DNA of 48,900 nucleotides from Atribacterota bacterium (GTDB lineage Bacteria; Atribacterota; Phoenicimicrobiia; Phoenicimicrobiales; Stramentimicrobiaceae). Shown one piece after another: positions 19,435 through 29,754 of the stretch. Below the pieces are notes generated by a model. The model was not told the DNA's origin and did not search any database. It saw only the letters and a program-made list of their open reading frames with translations. The first letter of the stretch is position 1. Each line of letters opens with the position of its first letter. Position numbers and translations under genes: made by a program. Location: positions 1 to 48,900 of the forward strand of contig JAXGNR010000013.1 in assembly GCA_040767965.1 (NCBI GenBank), written 5' to 3'.

Positions 19435-19519
19435 AACTAAATTTATGAAAAAAATAGTTGACTCTTATATTTATCCTTTCCTATAATGCCATAAAACTTT
19501 GGAAAGGAGATGGTGCTTT

Positions 19520-19807
19520 ATGAAGAATAAGCATCTTAAATCAGAAATCAAAACCTTATTAAGTAGTGTTGAAAAAGCCTTTGGTAAAGACTCTTTGCAG
19601 TATGAAAATCTCGATTACTACCTTGACATAATAGAATCCGTTTATGAATACAATTACAATAGTGAAAGGGATTTGTTAGAAGAATTGAAAGCACTTCTGA
19701 TACAACTTTCAGGTAAAATGCCAGAACTGACTCCTGAACAGTTTAAAGAAAAATACCCCAACATAAGCGAAATGATTGATTACCTGGATAAATGGCTAAC
19801 AGACTAA
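19520..19807 (+). CDS. Hypothetical protein
   Basis: RBS AGGAG upstream of MKNKHL; has its own TTGACT/TATAAT promoter-like pair and a downstream terminator. Confidence 0.7.
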   Translation: MKNKHLKSEIKTLLSSVEKAFGKDSLQYENLDYYLDIIESVYEYNYNSERDLLEELKALLIQLSGKMPELTPEQFKEKYPNISEMIDYLDKWLTD

Positions 19808-19816
19808 TTATCTTTC

Positions 19817-19852
19817 AAGGCTTCCCAGTTTTCTTGCTGGGAAGCCTTTTTT
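19817..19852 (+). terminator. Intrinsic terminator
   Basis: aaggcttcccag-ttttcttg-ctgggaagcctt followed by tttt. Confidence 0.8.
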
Positions 19853-20545
19853 CTATAGATTTTTAATAAGATTTAATGGGTAAGAAAAAACAATATTTTT
19901 AATAGTTACTATCATATTATATAGTTACGAATTCCAAGACTCCTATCCCCTTTAACCTATAATCCCCCTACACCTGCCTTTTTCAATTTTAGAATCACTT
20001 TTTTACCCCTTTATCCCTTAGAACCGTTTCTAACCCTTTTGCCTATTAAAAACCTACTTATTTGCTCCGTTTCTAATGTAAAAAGAACGAATTCTAAATA
20101 ATTATCTTATCAGTTTTCTATATAAAGGAAACCATTTCTAAAACCGGGTTTTACGCTTCTATTACACTCTTGATGAAAAAATTACTTTATATAAAAACAA
20201 AATAGAGAAAGAAACTGCAATAAAGCAATCTCTTCCCCTATTTTGCCCGTTTACCAACTACATTTCCCAGAATGCATATTAAATATAGCATATCCTAGAG
20301 TTACCTGTAAAGAAGTATATCTTTTATTTAATTATCCTCAAATTATAGTTCCTTTTAGTTCCTAACTTTTTATTCCAGTTCTTTTTGGGACTGTATATTA
20401 TAGAATGAGGAATTAGGAGAAAGGAACAGGGAGGAATAAGGCTTAACCTAAGGTAATTTATGCTTATTCAATGTCTCTCCACCTATACTTTTATATAAGA
20501 AAAAAGCAGGAAGTCTTAAACTTCACTGCTTGTAAAAGTTAAAGT

Positions 20546-20836
20546 CTATAGATTGTCAAACATATCAAATATATCGTCAGGCAATTCATGTTGTATGCAA
20601 CTATCATTCTCTTTTCCCTTGTTTTCTATGGTAATTCCTCCACACTCTGCTATTGCCTCCTTTACAGCCTGTTTTATTGCTTCCTTGCCTAAATCCTTAT
20701 CCCCTTTTCCTGTAAAACTTAACACTGCCTTAATGACATAATCTGTTTTATATTTCTGCTTTGATAGTATGTTAAATACTTCTAAATCATCTTTCCTATC
20801 TAATGAAAAAGATAGATTAATCCTTTTTACAGCCAT
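20546..20836 (-). CDS. parR: ParR-like partition adaptor (probable ribbon-helix-helix)
   Basis: Small gene directly after parM, with an N-terminal KRINLSFSL beta-strand then helices and an acidic tail. Confidence 0.6.
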   Translation of the reverse strand: MAVKRINLSFSLDRKDDLEVFNILSKQKYKTDYVIKAVLSFTGKGDKDLGKEAIKQAVKEAIAECGGITIENKGKENDSCIQHELPDDIFDMFDNL

Positions 20837-20840
20837 AAAA

Positions 20841-21751
20841 TCACCTTCTTATTTCCTGCTCCAGCAAAATCTTATAGCCCTTAGCATTTGCAAACTGGTC
20901 AAGGTTTTCAATATACCTTATCTTATCCGATGATTCTATATATTTTCTTAACATCATACCCCCACCACCAGCAACTATTGTCGGGTTCCTGAATTCAAAA
21001 CCGTATTCTAAAATCTTTGTCAGCAAATTTTCTACATATTCCTTTGCTTTTATTTCTATCATTTTATTTATATCTGCATCAAATAGAACTGGCTGCTTAC
21101 CTAAGATAATATCCTGTATCTGCTTTTCTGTCAGATTAATATTTATTTTTAATAATTCCTGCTGTATGGATGCAACCAATGTGATTGTACCGTTCGGTAG
21201 TGAATAGCAGGATGCTGTATTAATTATCCGTTTTCTACTATAAAAAAATCTGTAGTATAGCCACCAATGTCAATCACATTTACCAAAGCAATATCTTTAT
21301 AATCTTTAAAAATATTAATAAATGCAGCATAACCCTGGGGATAGACTCTGCAATCTTTAATGCTGATTGTATAGTCTATTCCTAAATAGTTGAAATTAAT
21401 ATTATTACACAAAAAATACTCTCTGAATTTTGCTTTCATTTTACCGTAGTGAATGATAGGAAGCCCCACACCTAAAAATACATCTGCTTTCTGTTCTATT
21501 CCTGCCTTGTTAATTGCATCTGCTATTGCAGCCAAAGATATTATAAAAGCATCCTGAGTCTGAGTCTTATCTAATTGAACGCTCGACCTGTTGTTTCCTA
21601 TGCTGTAATAAATACCTTGATAAATAAGCAGATTTTGTTTTGTAATAGGCTCTACATCAGATTTTGTAAAGCCCGACTGACAACTAAAACCCTCACTGCT
21701 TTTGGTATAAGCATTTCCATTGTCTAATCCTAAGATAATTTTATTCTCCAT
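20841..21751 (-). pseudogene. parM: ParM/StbA actin-like partition ATPase, frameshifted at about 21225
   Basis: LGLDNGNAYTK, GVGLP, VYPQG and IDIGGYTTD lie in the first ORF; AGGGG and QFANAKGY lie in the second. Adding one base in GGATAA restores ENGIINTASCYSLPNGTITLVASIQ. Confidence 0.85.
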
Positions 21752-22276
21752 AGAAATTCCTCCATTTCTTTAATAAATTTAAGTTCGTTATAGTTCTTTT
21801 AATAAAGGATTCTTTAAAAATTCAAGTCTGTTTTGCAAAAAAATTGCTTACCTGAATTGGTAAGCATAATAAAAATATAAACAATACGGAGGTTTTTAAT
21901 GATGTTAGAGTAAAATGCCTTATTATTCGTAAACGTTTATTTTATATTAAATCATTTTATACAAAGTCAAGTGTTTTTTATCCTCTCTTTTTATCTTAAC
22001 CTAATCCCTTTCTTCTTTCTCCCTTTTATCCTTCCACTTATATATATGTATTTAGTAAAATCCCTTAACCTCCTGAAACTACTGCATTCATATAGATTTT
22101 AATGCGACAAAAACTAGTTTAGGGTATTAGGCACGAGGTACATGGACTAAGGATTAATAATGTATTATAAGCCCCTTAACCCTTTTACCCTTCAGTAATT
22201 ACTTTATAAAAATTCTAACATCAGAATTTGACTTATCCCTAACCCTTTATATAATGTAAAAAATTGATTTGAAAGG

Positions 22277-22693
22277 ATGAGTTATATGTCTGAAAATTTA
22301 CTCATAAAGGATTTTAAGACGCTTAAGGTTTGGCAGAAGGCGAATGTATTGGAACAGGAAATAGGAGAATTGGTTAAAGGGTTTCCGAGTTATGAGCAAT
22401 ATAGGCTTACAGACCAGTTAGTAAGGGCTGTTAGGAGTATAGGAGCAAATATTGCAGAAGGAAATACACAACTGTTTATCAAACGAGAATTATTTCATGC
22501 CAACGCTGCCCTTGGCAGTTGTGGTGAAACGAGAAACCACCTGTTAACCGCATATCAGAATAACTATATAAGTAAGGAACTGTATAGTATTTTGGATGAG
22601 AAATTTTGCGAAATAATAAAAATGCTTTATGGTTACATAAAAAGGCTAAAATCTAATTTAGATAATGAATCTGATGCTGCTACTAATTGGTAG
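22277..22693 (+). CDS. Four-helix bundle protein (23S rRNA IVP/Avd-like family)
   Basis: FKTLKVWQKA...FPSYEQYRLTDQLVRAVRSIGANIAEG...ALGSCGETRNHL. Confidence 0.9.
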   Translation: MSYMSENLLIKDFKTLKVWQKANVLEQEIGELVKGFPSYEQYRLTDQLVRAVRSIGANIAEGNTQLFIKRELFHANAALGSCGETRNHLLTAYQNNYISKELYSILDEKFCEIIKMLYGYIKRLKSNLDNESDAATNW

Positions 22694-22786
22694 AATTAAA
22701 ATGTCTTTACTTATTCCTAATCCCTTTAACCCCTTGTATCATCTCTATAAAATAGCGTAAAATATCCTTGGAAAGGAAGTGTAAAT

Positions 22787-23356
22787 ATGACTCCTGAAAA
22801 GAAAATTGTAAGCCTTGAAGAGTTTTTGCAGATGGATAAAGAAAACGAACATAGATTAGAATATTTTGATGGTGAAGTAGTTTACCTTGAACCTCCGTCA
22901 GTAAAACATCAACAGGTTTTATTAAACATTGCTGCAGAATTCAGGAATTATTTCAAAGGCAAATCTTGTGAGGTATTCATCTCCCCACTGGATGTCTGGT
23001 TAACAAATAAAGAAAAAACTGCTAAAGTAAAAGTTCAACCTGATTTAATGGTCATTTGTGATAAAACTGGATTAATGGAAAACGCATATGAGGGTGTACC
23101 AGTCCTAGTTATTGAAATAATTTCCACTTCTAATCAAACCCATGACAGAATAAGAAAATACAGTACTTATATGGAATTTGGCATAAATGAATATTGGATG
23201 GTAAATCCAGAACTTAAAACAGTTGAGGTATATGTATTAGAAGAAAATGAGTACAAGCAGGCTGCTATTTACAAAGGTAGTGATTGTGCTGCATCTCAAA
23301 CTTTTAATGAACTTAAGATTTGCTTAGAAGAAATTTTCCCAAGTAATAATAACTAA
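22787..23356 (+). CDS. Uma2 family endonuclease-fold protein
   Basis: LEYFDGEV...PSVKHQ...QPDLMVIC...PVLVIEIIS...DRIRKY...GINEYWMVNP. Confidence 0.9.
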   Translation: MTPEKKIVSLEEFLQMDKENEHRLEYFDGEVVYLEPPSVKHQQVLLNIAAEFRNYFKGKSCEVFISPLDVWLTNKEKTAKVKVQPDLMVICDKTGLMENAYEGVPVLVIEIISTSNQTHDRIRKYSTYMEFGINEYWMVNPELKTVEVYVLEENEYKQAAIYKGSDCAASQTFNELKICLEEIFPSNNN

Positions 23357-23631
23357 TCCATCCGTCATACTTAAGTGTTATTTACCAACTATCCAAATAA
23401 TTCATCTCACTTAAGTATCCAAATTCTTGTGGAAAGAATCCTTTATCAACGTATACATCAAAATAAATATTAAAGACGCTTTGCTATAAAGCATGATTAT
23501 AGTCTCATTTATCGACTAATAATCTTTTAATACATTAATTCATTAACTAATATGAAACTCCCGTAATGTACCTTAAATGCCCTCAAATAGGGATAAGTTT
23601 TGAGGATTAATGATTTTGGATAACAATGTTG

Positions 23632-23988
23632 TTATATCCCATAGTGAATTAAATACTTGTTTCCTGTTATAGCCTCAGTTATTTTTTCAGTGAGAAGTTG
23701 AAGTTCTTTTGCCTTGAAGTGATTATTTGCCTTTATAATAATATCCTTGAATTGTTTGAGGGATTCTGGAGGGATAAGCGTCACACCGCAATAATCTAAT
23801 CCAGTACCTGGCTGGGTTGTAACCTGAAAATATGTCTTTATTGCCATTAATTCTTCATTATACTTTATAATTAATTCTTCAACTAAATCGTCGTTGACAG
23901 AAATACAATTATATTTTTCAGGTTCGTAATCACTATACCATTTGTTTTCTTCGAATGAATCTATTATTCCAAACTCATGCTTTGCCAA
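23632..23988 (-). CDS. Hypothetical protein
   Basis: Start moved to TTG 23988 after GGGAGTG; ends GLDYCGVTLIPP...YLIHYGI. Confidence 0.65.
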   Translation of the reverse strand: MAKHEFGIIDSFEENKWYSDYEPEKYNCISVNDDLVEELIIKYNEELMAIKTYFQVTTQPGTGLDYCGVTLIPPESLKQFKDIIIKANNHFKAKELQLLTEKITEAITGNKYLIHYGI

Positions 23989-24049
23989 ACTATCACTCCC
24001 ATGCAAGTATGTATAACCTCTTAATACATATTTTATAGAAAGTTTTGAC

Positions 24050-24436
24050 CTAAATAATCTCTGCAAAAATTTCATGTATATTGCCATCTGGGTCTGCAAA
24101 TAATGCTGTTCTTTGATTCCAGGGCATATTTTGAGGTTGATGAACAGGAGTTGCTCCCATCGTAACTAACTTTTTAAATGCTTCATCTACATCATCAGGA
24201 TTTTCACATGGAAAGGCCAATTCAAAAGCCTGACCAACTACTTTTTTCCTATACTCATCACTATATGAATACATAACATTTCTCATACATATAGCAAATC
24301 TTACTCCATTATTTTCAAATTCAACATAATTGCCAAGGTCATTTTTAATTCTAAATCCAAGGACTTGATTATAAAAATTTCTCATCCTGTCAATTTTATC
24401 TGTCCAAATTGTAATAAGGTTAATCTCTGCTTTCAT
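24050..24436 (-). CDS. VOC/glyoxalase family protein
   Basis: FYNQVLGF...DVDEAFKKLVTMGA...MPWNQRTALFADPDGNIHEI. Start at MKAEI after AGGAGG. Confidence 0.9.
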   Translation of the reverse strand: MKAEINLITIWTDKIDRMRNFYNQVLGFRIKNDLGNYVEFENNGVRFAICMRNVMYSYSDEYRKKVVGQAFELAFPCENPDDVDEAFKKLVTMGATPVHQPQNMPWNQRTALFADPDGNIHEIFAEII

Positions 24437-24503
24437 TATAAGTTCCTCCTTCTTAATTTCTCGTTTGTAGTTCGTAATATAAGTTCTATACAAAATGATT
24501 TTA

Positions 24504-25337
24504 TTACTTAACAAGAAGGATTTCTGTTTCAGAAATAAGTTCCTTAAGCATATTTATCCCTTCTCTTGTAGTATCTCTATCAGCGGAAAGTAATGTAATA
24601 ATCTTATCTATTCTATTTTTATAATCCCTGGGCTTTATAAAAAAGCCATCAATCATCCTGACCGCTTTTTTCTCATTAATGCAGTATTCTTCATTCAAAG
24701 CAAATAAAACTTGATTTAAGCAAGAAATACTTCTGAAACAATGTCCACATACATAATAAATGTCATCCTTATCGACATTATCCTCAGCAAACATTAAGGA
24801 AAAGGAGGCCTCAAACATAAAATATTGAACTATTGCATCTTTTAAAGTTTGAGGATATGGCTTGGTTCTGGATTTTAATTCTGAAATTTTACCCCTAGGG
24901 TCAACAAGTATTTTGCAAACGGAAATTTCGCCCATATACATTACATTTAAATATGCATGGGGATGACCAGTTTGGTAATGAGCAGATACTTTTCCTGACA
25001 AACAATCATCAACAACCTGAGACACCCTTTTTATGTCACGTAATATAAAGTCTACATGATATCCTTTAACAACAAGCCATCCGCCCGCATTTACCCAAGG
25101 TCCCCATCCACCTATTTGTGTAATTAAATTTTCTCTATGCTCATCATCTAGTTTTGAAGCAACCTTGCCTAATTCTCTGATATCAAAGCCCTCTGTTTCG
25201 TCATAGTATATTCCGATATCTATGTCGGACTTTTCATGATTGGTACCTCTTGCTCTTGAGCCTCCTAAAACTATACCTATAATGCCTGGTATGCCTTCCA
25301 ATTCTCTGGTGATTTGATTCAAAATATTTTCTACCAT
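24504..25337 (-). CDS. Nucleotidyltransferase-domain protein
   Basis: LGGSRARG...SDIDIGIYY polymerase-beta-type NTase motif. Confidence 0.88.
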   Translation of the reverse strand: MVENILNQITRELEGIPGIIGIVLGGSRARGTNHEKSDIDIGIYYDETEGFDIRELGKVASKLDDEHRENLITQIGGWGPWVNAGGWLVVKGYHVDFILRDIKRVSQVVDDCLSGKVSAHYQTGHPHAYLNVMYMGEISVCKILVDPRGKISELKSRTKPYPQTLKDAIVQYFMFEASFSLMFAEDNVDKDDIYYVCGHCFRSISCLNQVLFALNEEYCINEKKAVRMIDGFFIKPRDYKNRIDKIITLLSADRDTTREGINMLKELISETEILLVK

Positions 25338-25368
25338 CGCAGCACTCCACCTCCGCCTTCATTTTGTT

Positions 25369-26109
25369 CTAATATAACTTCTTTCTTGCTGACACAAGCA
25401 GCATCATCGGCCGGCGCAGTTCATCCTGCATCCCAGGTACTGTGTTGAGCATATTTTCTGCAGGCTTTGGTTCGACAACACCTGTTATTTCAAAGCCTAT
25501 TTTTATGAGACTGTTTAAGTATGTAGTAAGTGTCCGATGATATTTAATAACTTCCTCACCTAGAAATTTAGCATTGCGAATGCCTTCTGTGAAATAATGG
25601 TCAACTGGCCAATGCAGAATATTGCCCTTATCATCATAATACCAATCCTGAGGGCCTTGGGCAGTAAAAATGGGATGCTCTACAGAAAATATAAAATCTC
25701 CACCCCTTGAAAGGCATTTATATACTCTATCTAAAACATCCTCAAAGGATTTAATATAGTGAAGCGCCAGGGAACTGATAACAACATCAAAGGATTCTTC
25801 AGGAAAATCTATGTCTTCTATTGGCATACAGATATACTCGATATTTCCACACTTTGTTTTACTCTTTGCTTCACTTAACATTTTTTGTGAAATATCAATT
25901 CCAATTACTGACCTGGCACCGTTCTCTACAGCATAGCGACAATGCCATCCAAACCCGCAGCCTAAATCCAAAACCCTTTTATCTTTGAAGTCAGGCAGCA
26001 TATTTTTCAGTTCATGCCACTCCCCCGCACCTTCAAGACCATTTTTCGACCTATCCATATTACTATATTTATTAAAAAAGGTGTCATCATCGTATTTGTT
26101 TTGTTTCAT
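25369..26109 (-). CDS. Class I SAM-dependent methyltransferase
   Basis: VLDLGCGFG, GIDISQKML and FDVVISSLALHY. Confidence 0.92.
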   Translation of the reverse strand: MKQNKYDDDTFFNKYSNMDRSKNGLEGAGEWHELKNMLPDFKDKRVLDLGCGFGWHCRYAVENGARSVIGIDISQKMLSEAKSKTKCGNIEYICMPIEDIDFPEESFDVVISSLALHYIKSFEDVLDRVYKCLSRGGDFIFSVEHPIFTAQGPQDWYYDDKGNILHWPVDHYFTEGIRNAKFLGEEVIKYHRTLTTYLNSLIKIGFEITGVVEPKPAENMLNTVPGMQDELRRPMMLLVSARKKLY

Positions 26110-26183
26110 TATAAATTTCCCTTTCTATCTATTTGTTCTTCTTTTCATTTCAAGTTATATGCAAACAAAAACACCCTATCCTC

Positions 26184-26498
26184 CTACTTTGACGTTTTGT
26201 CTCGATATGCAATCAGAGTAATTGCATTTAATATGATAGTAACAGTGAGAAGAATAATAGCGGCAAACGCCGCAGCACCAGTAGTGTCCATAAGAGCAGA
26301 CCAGTCCTCAATCTTTACTAGATGGTAGCCATAAAGAATCTGGAAACATAGTGAAATAGCACAAGCGCTGATGCTCATAATAGAAAGAAAAACCCAATTC
26401 CTGTTGCCATGATTCTTATATCGCATAAGATTGACAACAGGAAGTATCCAGGCAATTACTCCAAGCACTAGGCTACCAAGATTAAGCAAACCAATCAT
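26184..26498 (-). CDS. Small membrane protein (3 TM)
   Basis: MIGLLNLGSLVLGVIAWILP...EDWSALMDT with hydrophobic segments; RBS GGGGG. Confidence 0.75.
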   Translation of the reverse strand: MIGLLNLGSLVLGVIAWILPVVNLMRYKNHGNRNWVFLSIMSISACAISLCFQILYGYHLVKIEDWSALMDTTGAAAFAAIILLTVTIILNAITLIAYRDKTSK

Positions 26499-26697
26499 AA
26501 CATATCCCCCTTTTAGATTTTTTGGACAGCATAAATAAGAGTTCACCTTTATCGCAGCCGATGTCAAGGCAAGTATTAACATTATCTGGAATAAGTTTCA
26601 TGAGTTGTTTGAAATAACAGTTATTATGATTCCATTTCGGGTCATCAAGTTCTGGTATTTCATTAAAATCATTTTTCACAGCATTATAATTTTCCAT
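26482..26697 (-). pseudogene. N-terminal fragment of a class I SAM methyltransferase
   Basis: WNHNNCY...CLDIGCDKGEL, then truncated where it runs into the next gene's RBS. Confidence 0.65.
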
Positions 26698-26701
26698 ATA
26701 T

Positions 26702-26935
26702 TTATGGTAATAACAAAAAAACTATTATGCCGCCAACTCCAACAATTGAAAAAAAACCGCCTACAACACGAGTTATTTTTATATAAAAATCTGAAGGTTC
26801 TGCTGCGGCATATGATTTCCATGATTCTGTAATTTGCCACCATGTATCTGGACTAATCAACATGATAATCCCTATAATTAAAATAAAAATGCTCAACAAT
26901 ATCATCATATAATGTTCTCCTTCATTATTTCGCAC
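26702..26935 (-). CDS. DUF6199-like small membrane protein
   Basis: TM helix, then PDTWWQITESWKS...EPSDFYIKITRVVG, then a second TM helix. Confidence 0.7.
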   Translation of the reverse strand: MRNNEGEHYMMILLSIFILIIGIIMLISPDTWWQITESWKSYAAAEPSDFYIKITRVVGGFFSIVGVGGIIVFLLLP

Positions 26936-27209
26936 TATAATACTATTATGACCTTAATATAACATAACTTCATTTTCAATTAAACAAGTTTTGCTCCTTT
27001 TGATAGTATATTTTTTATGACAGTATATTTTTATTTTTGTAATTATTCTTCTATCATTAAAAGAAAAGGGCTTTTAACCTTTAACTATAATTATGTGATT
27101 AAAATCTTAACATAACTTTATTATCTATTTGATGTGACTTTATTATTTTTAACACAAGTTTTTTATTCTCCACCCTTACCTCTTTACCCTTTTTAGAATA
27201 AAACTTAAT

Positions 27210-27311
27210 CCTAACTATGTATACACATAAAAATTCATGTCAAACCCCCACACTCCTAAAACCCTTGTCCCTTCTCACCTTAACCCTATTTCCCCAACTC
27301 TTTCCAGATAA
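27210..27311 (+). repeat. Dispersed direct repeat, copy 1 (copy 2 at 33360-33461)
   Basis: Blocks CCTAACTATGTATA, AAACCCTTRTCCCTTCTCACCTTAACCCTATT and TTCCAGATAA all recur at an offset of exactly 6150 bp. Confidence 0.85.
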
Positions 27312-27417
27312 AAACAAGTCACGGTTTTAATAAGGTTTTTACTCTTATTTTACCGTGACCTTTACTAATTCTTTAATTTTTGATAAGTTTGTGTGGCATA
27401 AGATTGCTATTGTACAA

Positions 27418-28302
27418 CTACACCTTATAAATATTATCAAATTGTGAATATTTATCTATAAATGCTTTATTTGCAGCCTGGAGTTTTCCAAAATACTCCC
27501 TATATGAGTCGCTCAATATTTTTAAATTTTCAATAAATATATCGTAATATCCGCTCTCTTGCTGAAATTTCAATAATAATTGCTGTATTTTACAGACTGG
27601 TGATTTTTTATATTCATCTGAGTTTCTGTATTCCAAATATTTTTCAATGTCTTCTTTATTTTCTTCTAAATACATATCTATATTGTTTACTGAATCTATT
27701 ATAGATGAATTAATTCTCTGCATATCTGCTTCTTCCATCTGTCCAAGACCCTGCTGCAAAAATTCTTCCAGTTCTTTGGGAAATTCTATTTCTTGAATCT
27801 TATCCAAATAATCAACAATTTTATTATATGCCCTTTCTTTTTCCTCAGTATCAATTCTCCCATTAAGAAACTGTCCAAAATGTACACATAAATACATCCC
27901 ATAACCTCCTGGAAATGCTTGCAGCAGTTTCTCTTTAATTGTGAAATGCTTCTCAATGTCTTCTTCAATATAGGTAATTGCTTGCTCAATGTCATAGTCT
28001 TTTATTAACTGTTCCAGGCATTTTTTCTTAGCCATTGCTTTTTCAACTTCTAAATCCATCTTATATTTGCACTTTGCCAGAGCAGCGGCTTTATTTGTAC
28101 TTGCAAGAATATCTTTGATTTCAGCAATGCTGATGCCTAATTTCCTTAAAACTCCAATTTCTTTTAATACAGAAATATCTTCATCACTGTAATTTCGATA
28201 ACCATTATCCTCTACCCTTGGAGATATCAATCCCTGCTGTTCATAATACTCAACTGCTTTCTTCGTCAATTTACATTCTCTACATACATCTTTAATTAAC
28301 AT
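27418..28302 (-). CDS. MerR-family transcriptional regulator
   Basis: MLIKDVCRECKLTKKAVEYYEQQGLISP...NGYRNYS...LRKLGISIAEIK. Confidence 0.92.
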   Translation of the reverse strand: MLIKDVCRECKLTKKAVEYYEQQGLISPRVEDNGYRNYSDEDISVLKEIGVLRKLGISIAEIKDILASTNKAAALAKCKYKMDLEVEKAMAKKKCLEQLIKDYDIEQAITYIEEDIEKHFTIKEKLLQAFPGGYGMYLCVHFGQFLNGRIDTEEKERAYNKIVDYLDKIQEIEFPKELEEFLQQGLGQMEEADMQRINSSIIDSVNNIDMYLEENKEDIEKYLEYRNSDEYKKSPVCKIQQLLLKFQQESGYYDIFIENLKILSDSYREYFGKLQAANKAFIDKYSQFDNIYKV

Positions 28303-28320
28303 TCTTATCACCTCGTAATT

Positions 28321-28351
28321 ATCATAGGCTAACACCTAAGGTGATAGTCAA
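28321..28351 (-). promoter_or_regulatory. MerR-type promoter with a 19-bp spacer and dyad operator
   Basis: TTGACT (28351-28346), 19 bp containing CACCTTAGGTG, then TATGAT (28326-28321). Confidence 0.7.
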
Positions 28352-28371
28352 TACCTATTTTGTATAAAGTT

Positions 28372-28556
28372 TAAAATGCTTCTTTTTCTTTTGACAGCGT
28401 TAAAACAACTATTTTCGGGATGATTGAAAAGCCTTTGTGGAATAATGCTGTTTCCAAGTCCCCTGCTTACAATCATAGTGCAGTTCCCTCTTTTGTATTC
28501 TCCTGATGTATATTCTGGGAAAAATCCCTGATTCGGCGCAATTAATCCTCTTATAA
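28372..28556 (-). pseudogene. C-terminal remnant of a metallophosphoesterase
   Basis: Hand translation: GLIAPNQGFFPEYTSGEY...MIVSRGLGNSIIPQRLFNHPE; no start. Confidence 0.7.
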
Positions 28557-28587
28557 TCTGGTTAATTTAACACCCTTTTTATCCTGT

Positions 28588-28740
28588 TTAAAAGTAAACA
28601 GCGCTTTTAGGACAACTTTTCACACATTCCATGCATAAAATGCACTCTGTTCCATTTTCCCTGCTTCTTTTGCTGTCTAAAATATCTACATTCATGGGAC
28701 ATACTCTTTTGCATTTTCCACAAGAAATACACCTCTTCAC
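28588..28740 (-). pseudogene. C-terminal remnant of a 4Fe-4S dicluster protein
   Basis: Hand translation: RCISCGKCKRVCPM...ECILCMECVKSCPKSAVYF*. Confidence 0.75.
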
Positions 28741-28775
28741 TGCTAAAAAGCAAATTCCCTGTTCCTTTGTTAGTG

Positions 28776-29540
28776 CTATTTCATAAGTATGTTTAACATC
28801 TTCTGCGTATTGTTTAAGAAACTTCTCATTATCTGGTAATGTTCCGTTTCTTCATATTTGACTACTTTAATACCTTCTTTTATTTCATATATAATTGCAT
28901 CTGGGTATGCCATTAAAATAGGAGAATGTGTTGCTATTATAAACTGTGAGTTCTTCCCAACCAACTGATGAATCCTGCTAATCATCGACATTTGCCTTGT
29001 AGGTGATAATGCTGCCTCAGGCTCATCCAATATGTAAAGTCCGTTTCCCCTAAACCTGTTCATAAACACGGCAAAAAAGGATTCTCCATGAGACTGCTCA
29101 TGAAGTGAATGTCCACCATACGAGTCAATAATTCTTGCACCTCCCCCGCTTTTATCCAGTTCTTCAATTGCGGTTGCAAGATTATAGAAACTTTCTGCAC
29201 GAAGGAAAAACCCGTCTTTAGGTCTTCTGATTCCTTTAATTATCCTGATATAATTATATAATTCAGAATGAGACGCTCTTGAAGAAAAGTGGAAATTCCT
29301 GGTCCCACCTTCAGGATTAAACCCGCAGGCTGCGGCAACAGCCTCTAAAATGGTTGACTTTCCTGTTCCATTCTCTCCAACAATAAATGTCACTTTAGGG
29401 TGCAGGTCAAGAATTGATAATCCCCGAATAACTGGAAGACAGAATGGATATTTTTCAAAAGATTCCACCCTTTTTCTGTCAAGTTCTATTTGCCTTATAA
29501 ATTGGTTATTCTCTAACATTTCTAATATCAGCGCCCCCAT
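28776..29540 (-). CDS. Stand-alone ABC/AAA-type ATPase
   Basis: GENGTGKST, SHGESF, LDEPEAALSP and IATHSP. Confidence 0.9.
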   Translation of the reverse strand: MGALILEMLENNQFIRQIELDRKRVESFEKYPFCLPVIRGLSILDLHPKVTFIVGENGTGKSTILEAVAAACGFNPEGGTRNFHFSSRASHSELYNYIRIIKGIRRPKDGFFLRAESFYNLATAIEELDKSGGGARIIDSYGGHSLHEQSHGESFFAVFMNRFRGNGLYILDEPEAALSPTRQMSMISRIHQLVGKNSQFIIATHSPILMAYPDAIIYEIKEGIKVVKYEETEHYQIMRSFLNNTQKMLNILMK

Positions 29541-29754
29541 TATCCCGAAATACTCTATCTAGTGTTCATCTGCATCAGTTTCAAATTCCATAAATTCCCC
29601 TTCTTTTTAAGGGTCAATCCTTAACAATGTATAAAAGTCTAACACTTCTTTCGAAAATGTTTTACAATTCCTGCAAGCAAACCTTCTTCATCATAGTATT
29701 TATTCCTTTAAGTTTCCTTTATTCTTATTAATTTTTATACATTGCATACTTCTT

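Noticed and set aside
22277-22693. Diversity-generating retroelement (Avd-like gene)
   Set aside because: No reverse transcriptase or TR/VR pair was seen.
27786-27995. 69 aa minus-strand ORF
   Set aside because: It is an out-of-frame ORF nested in merR.
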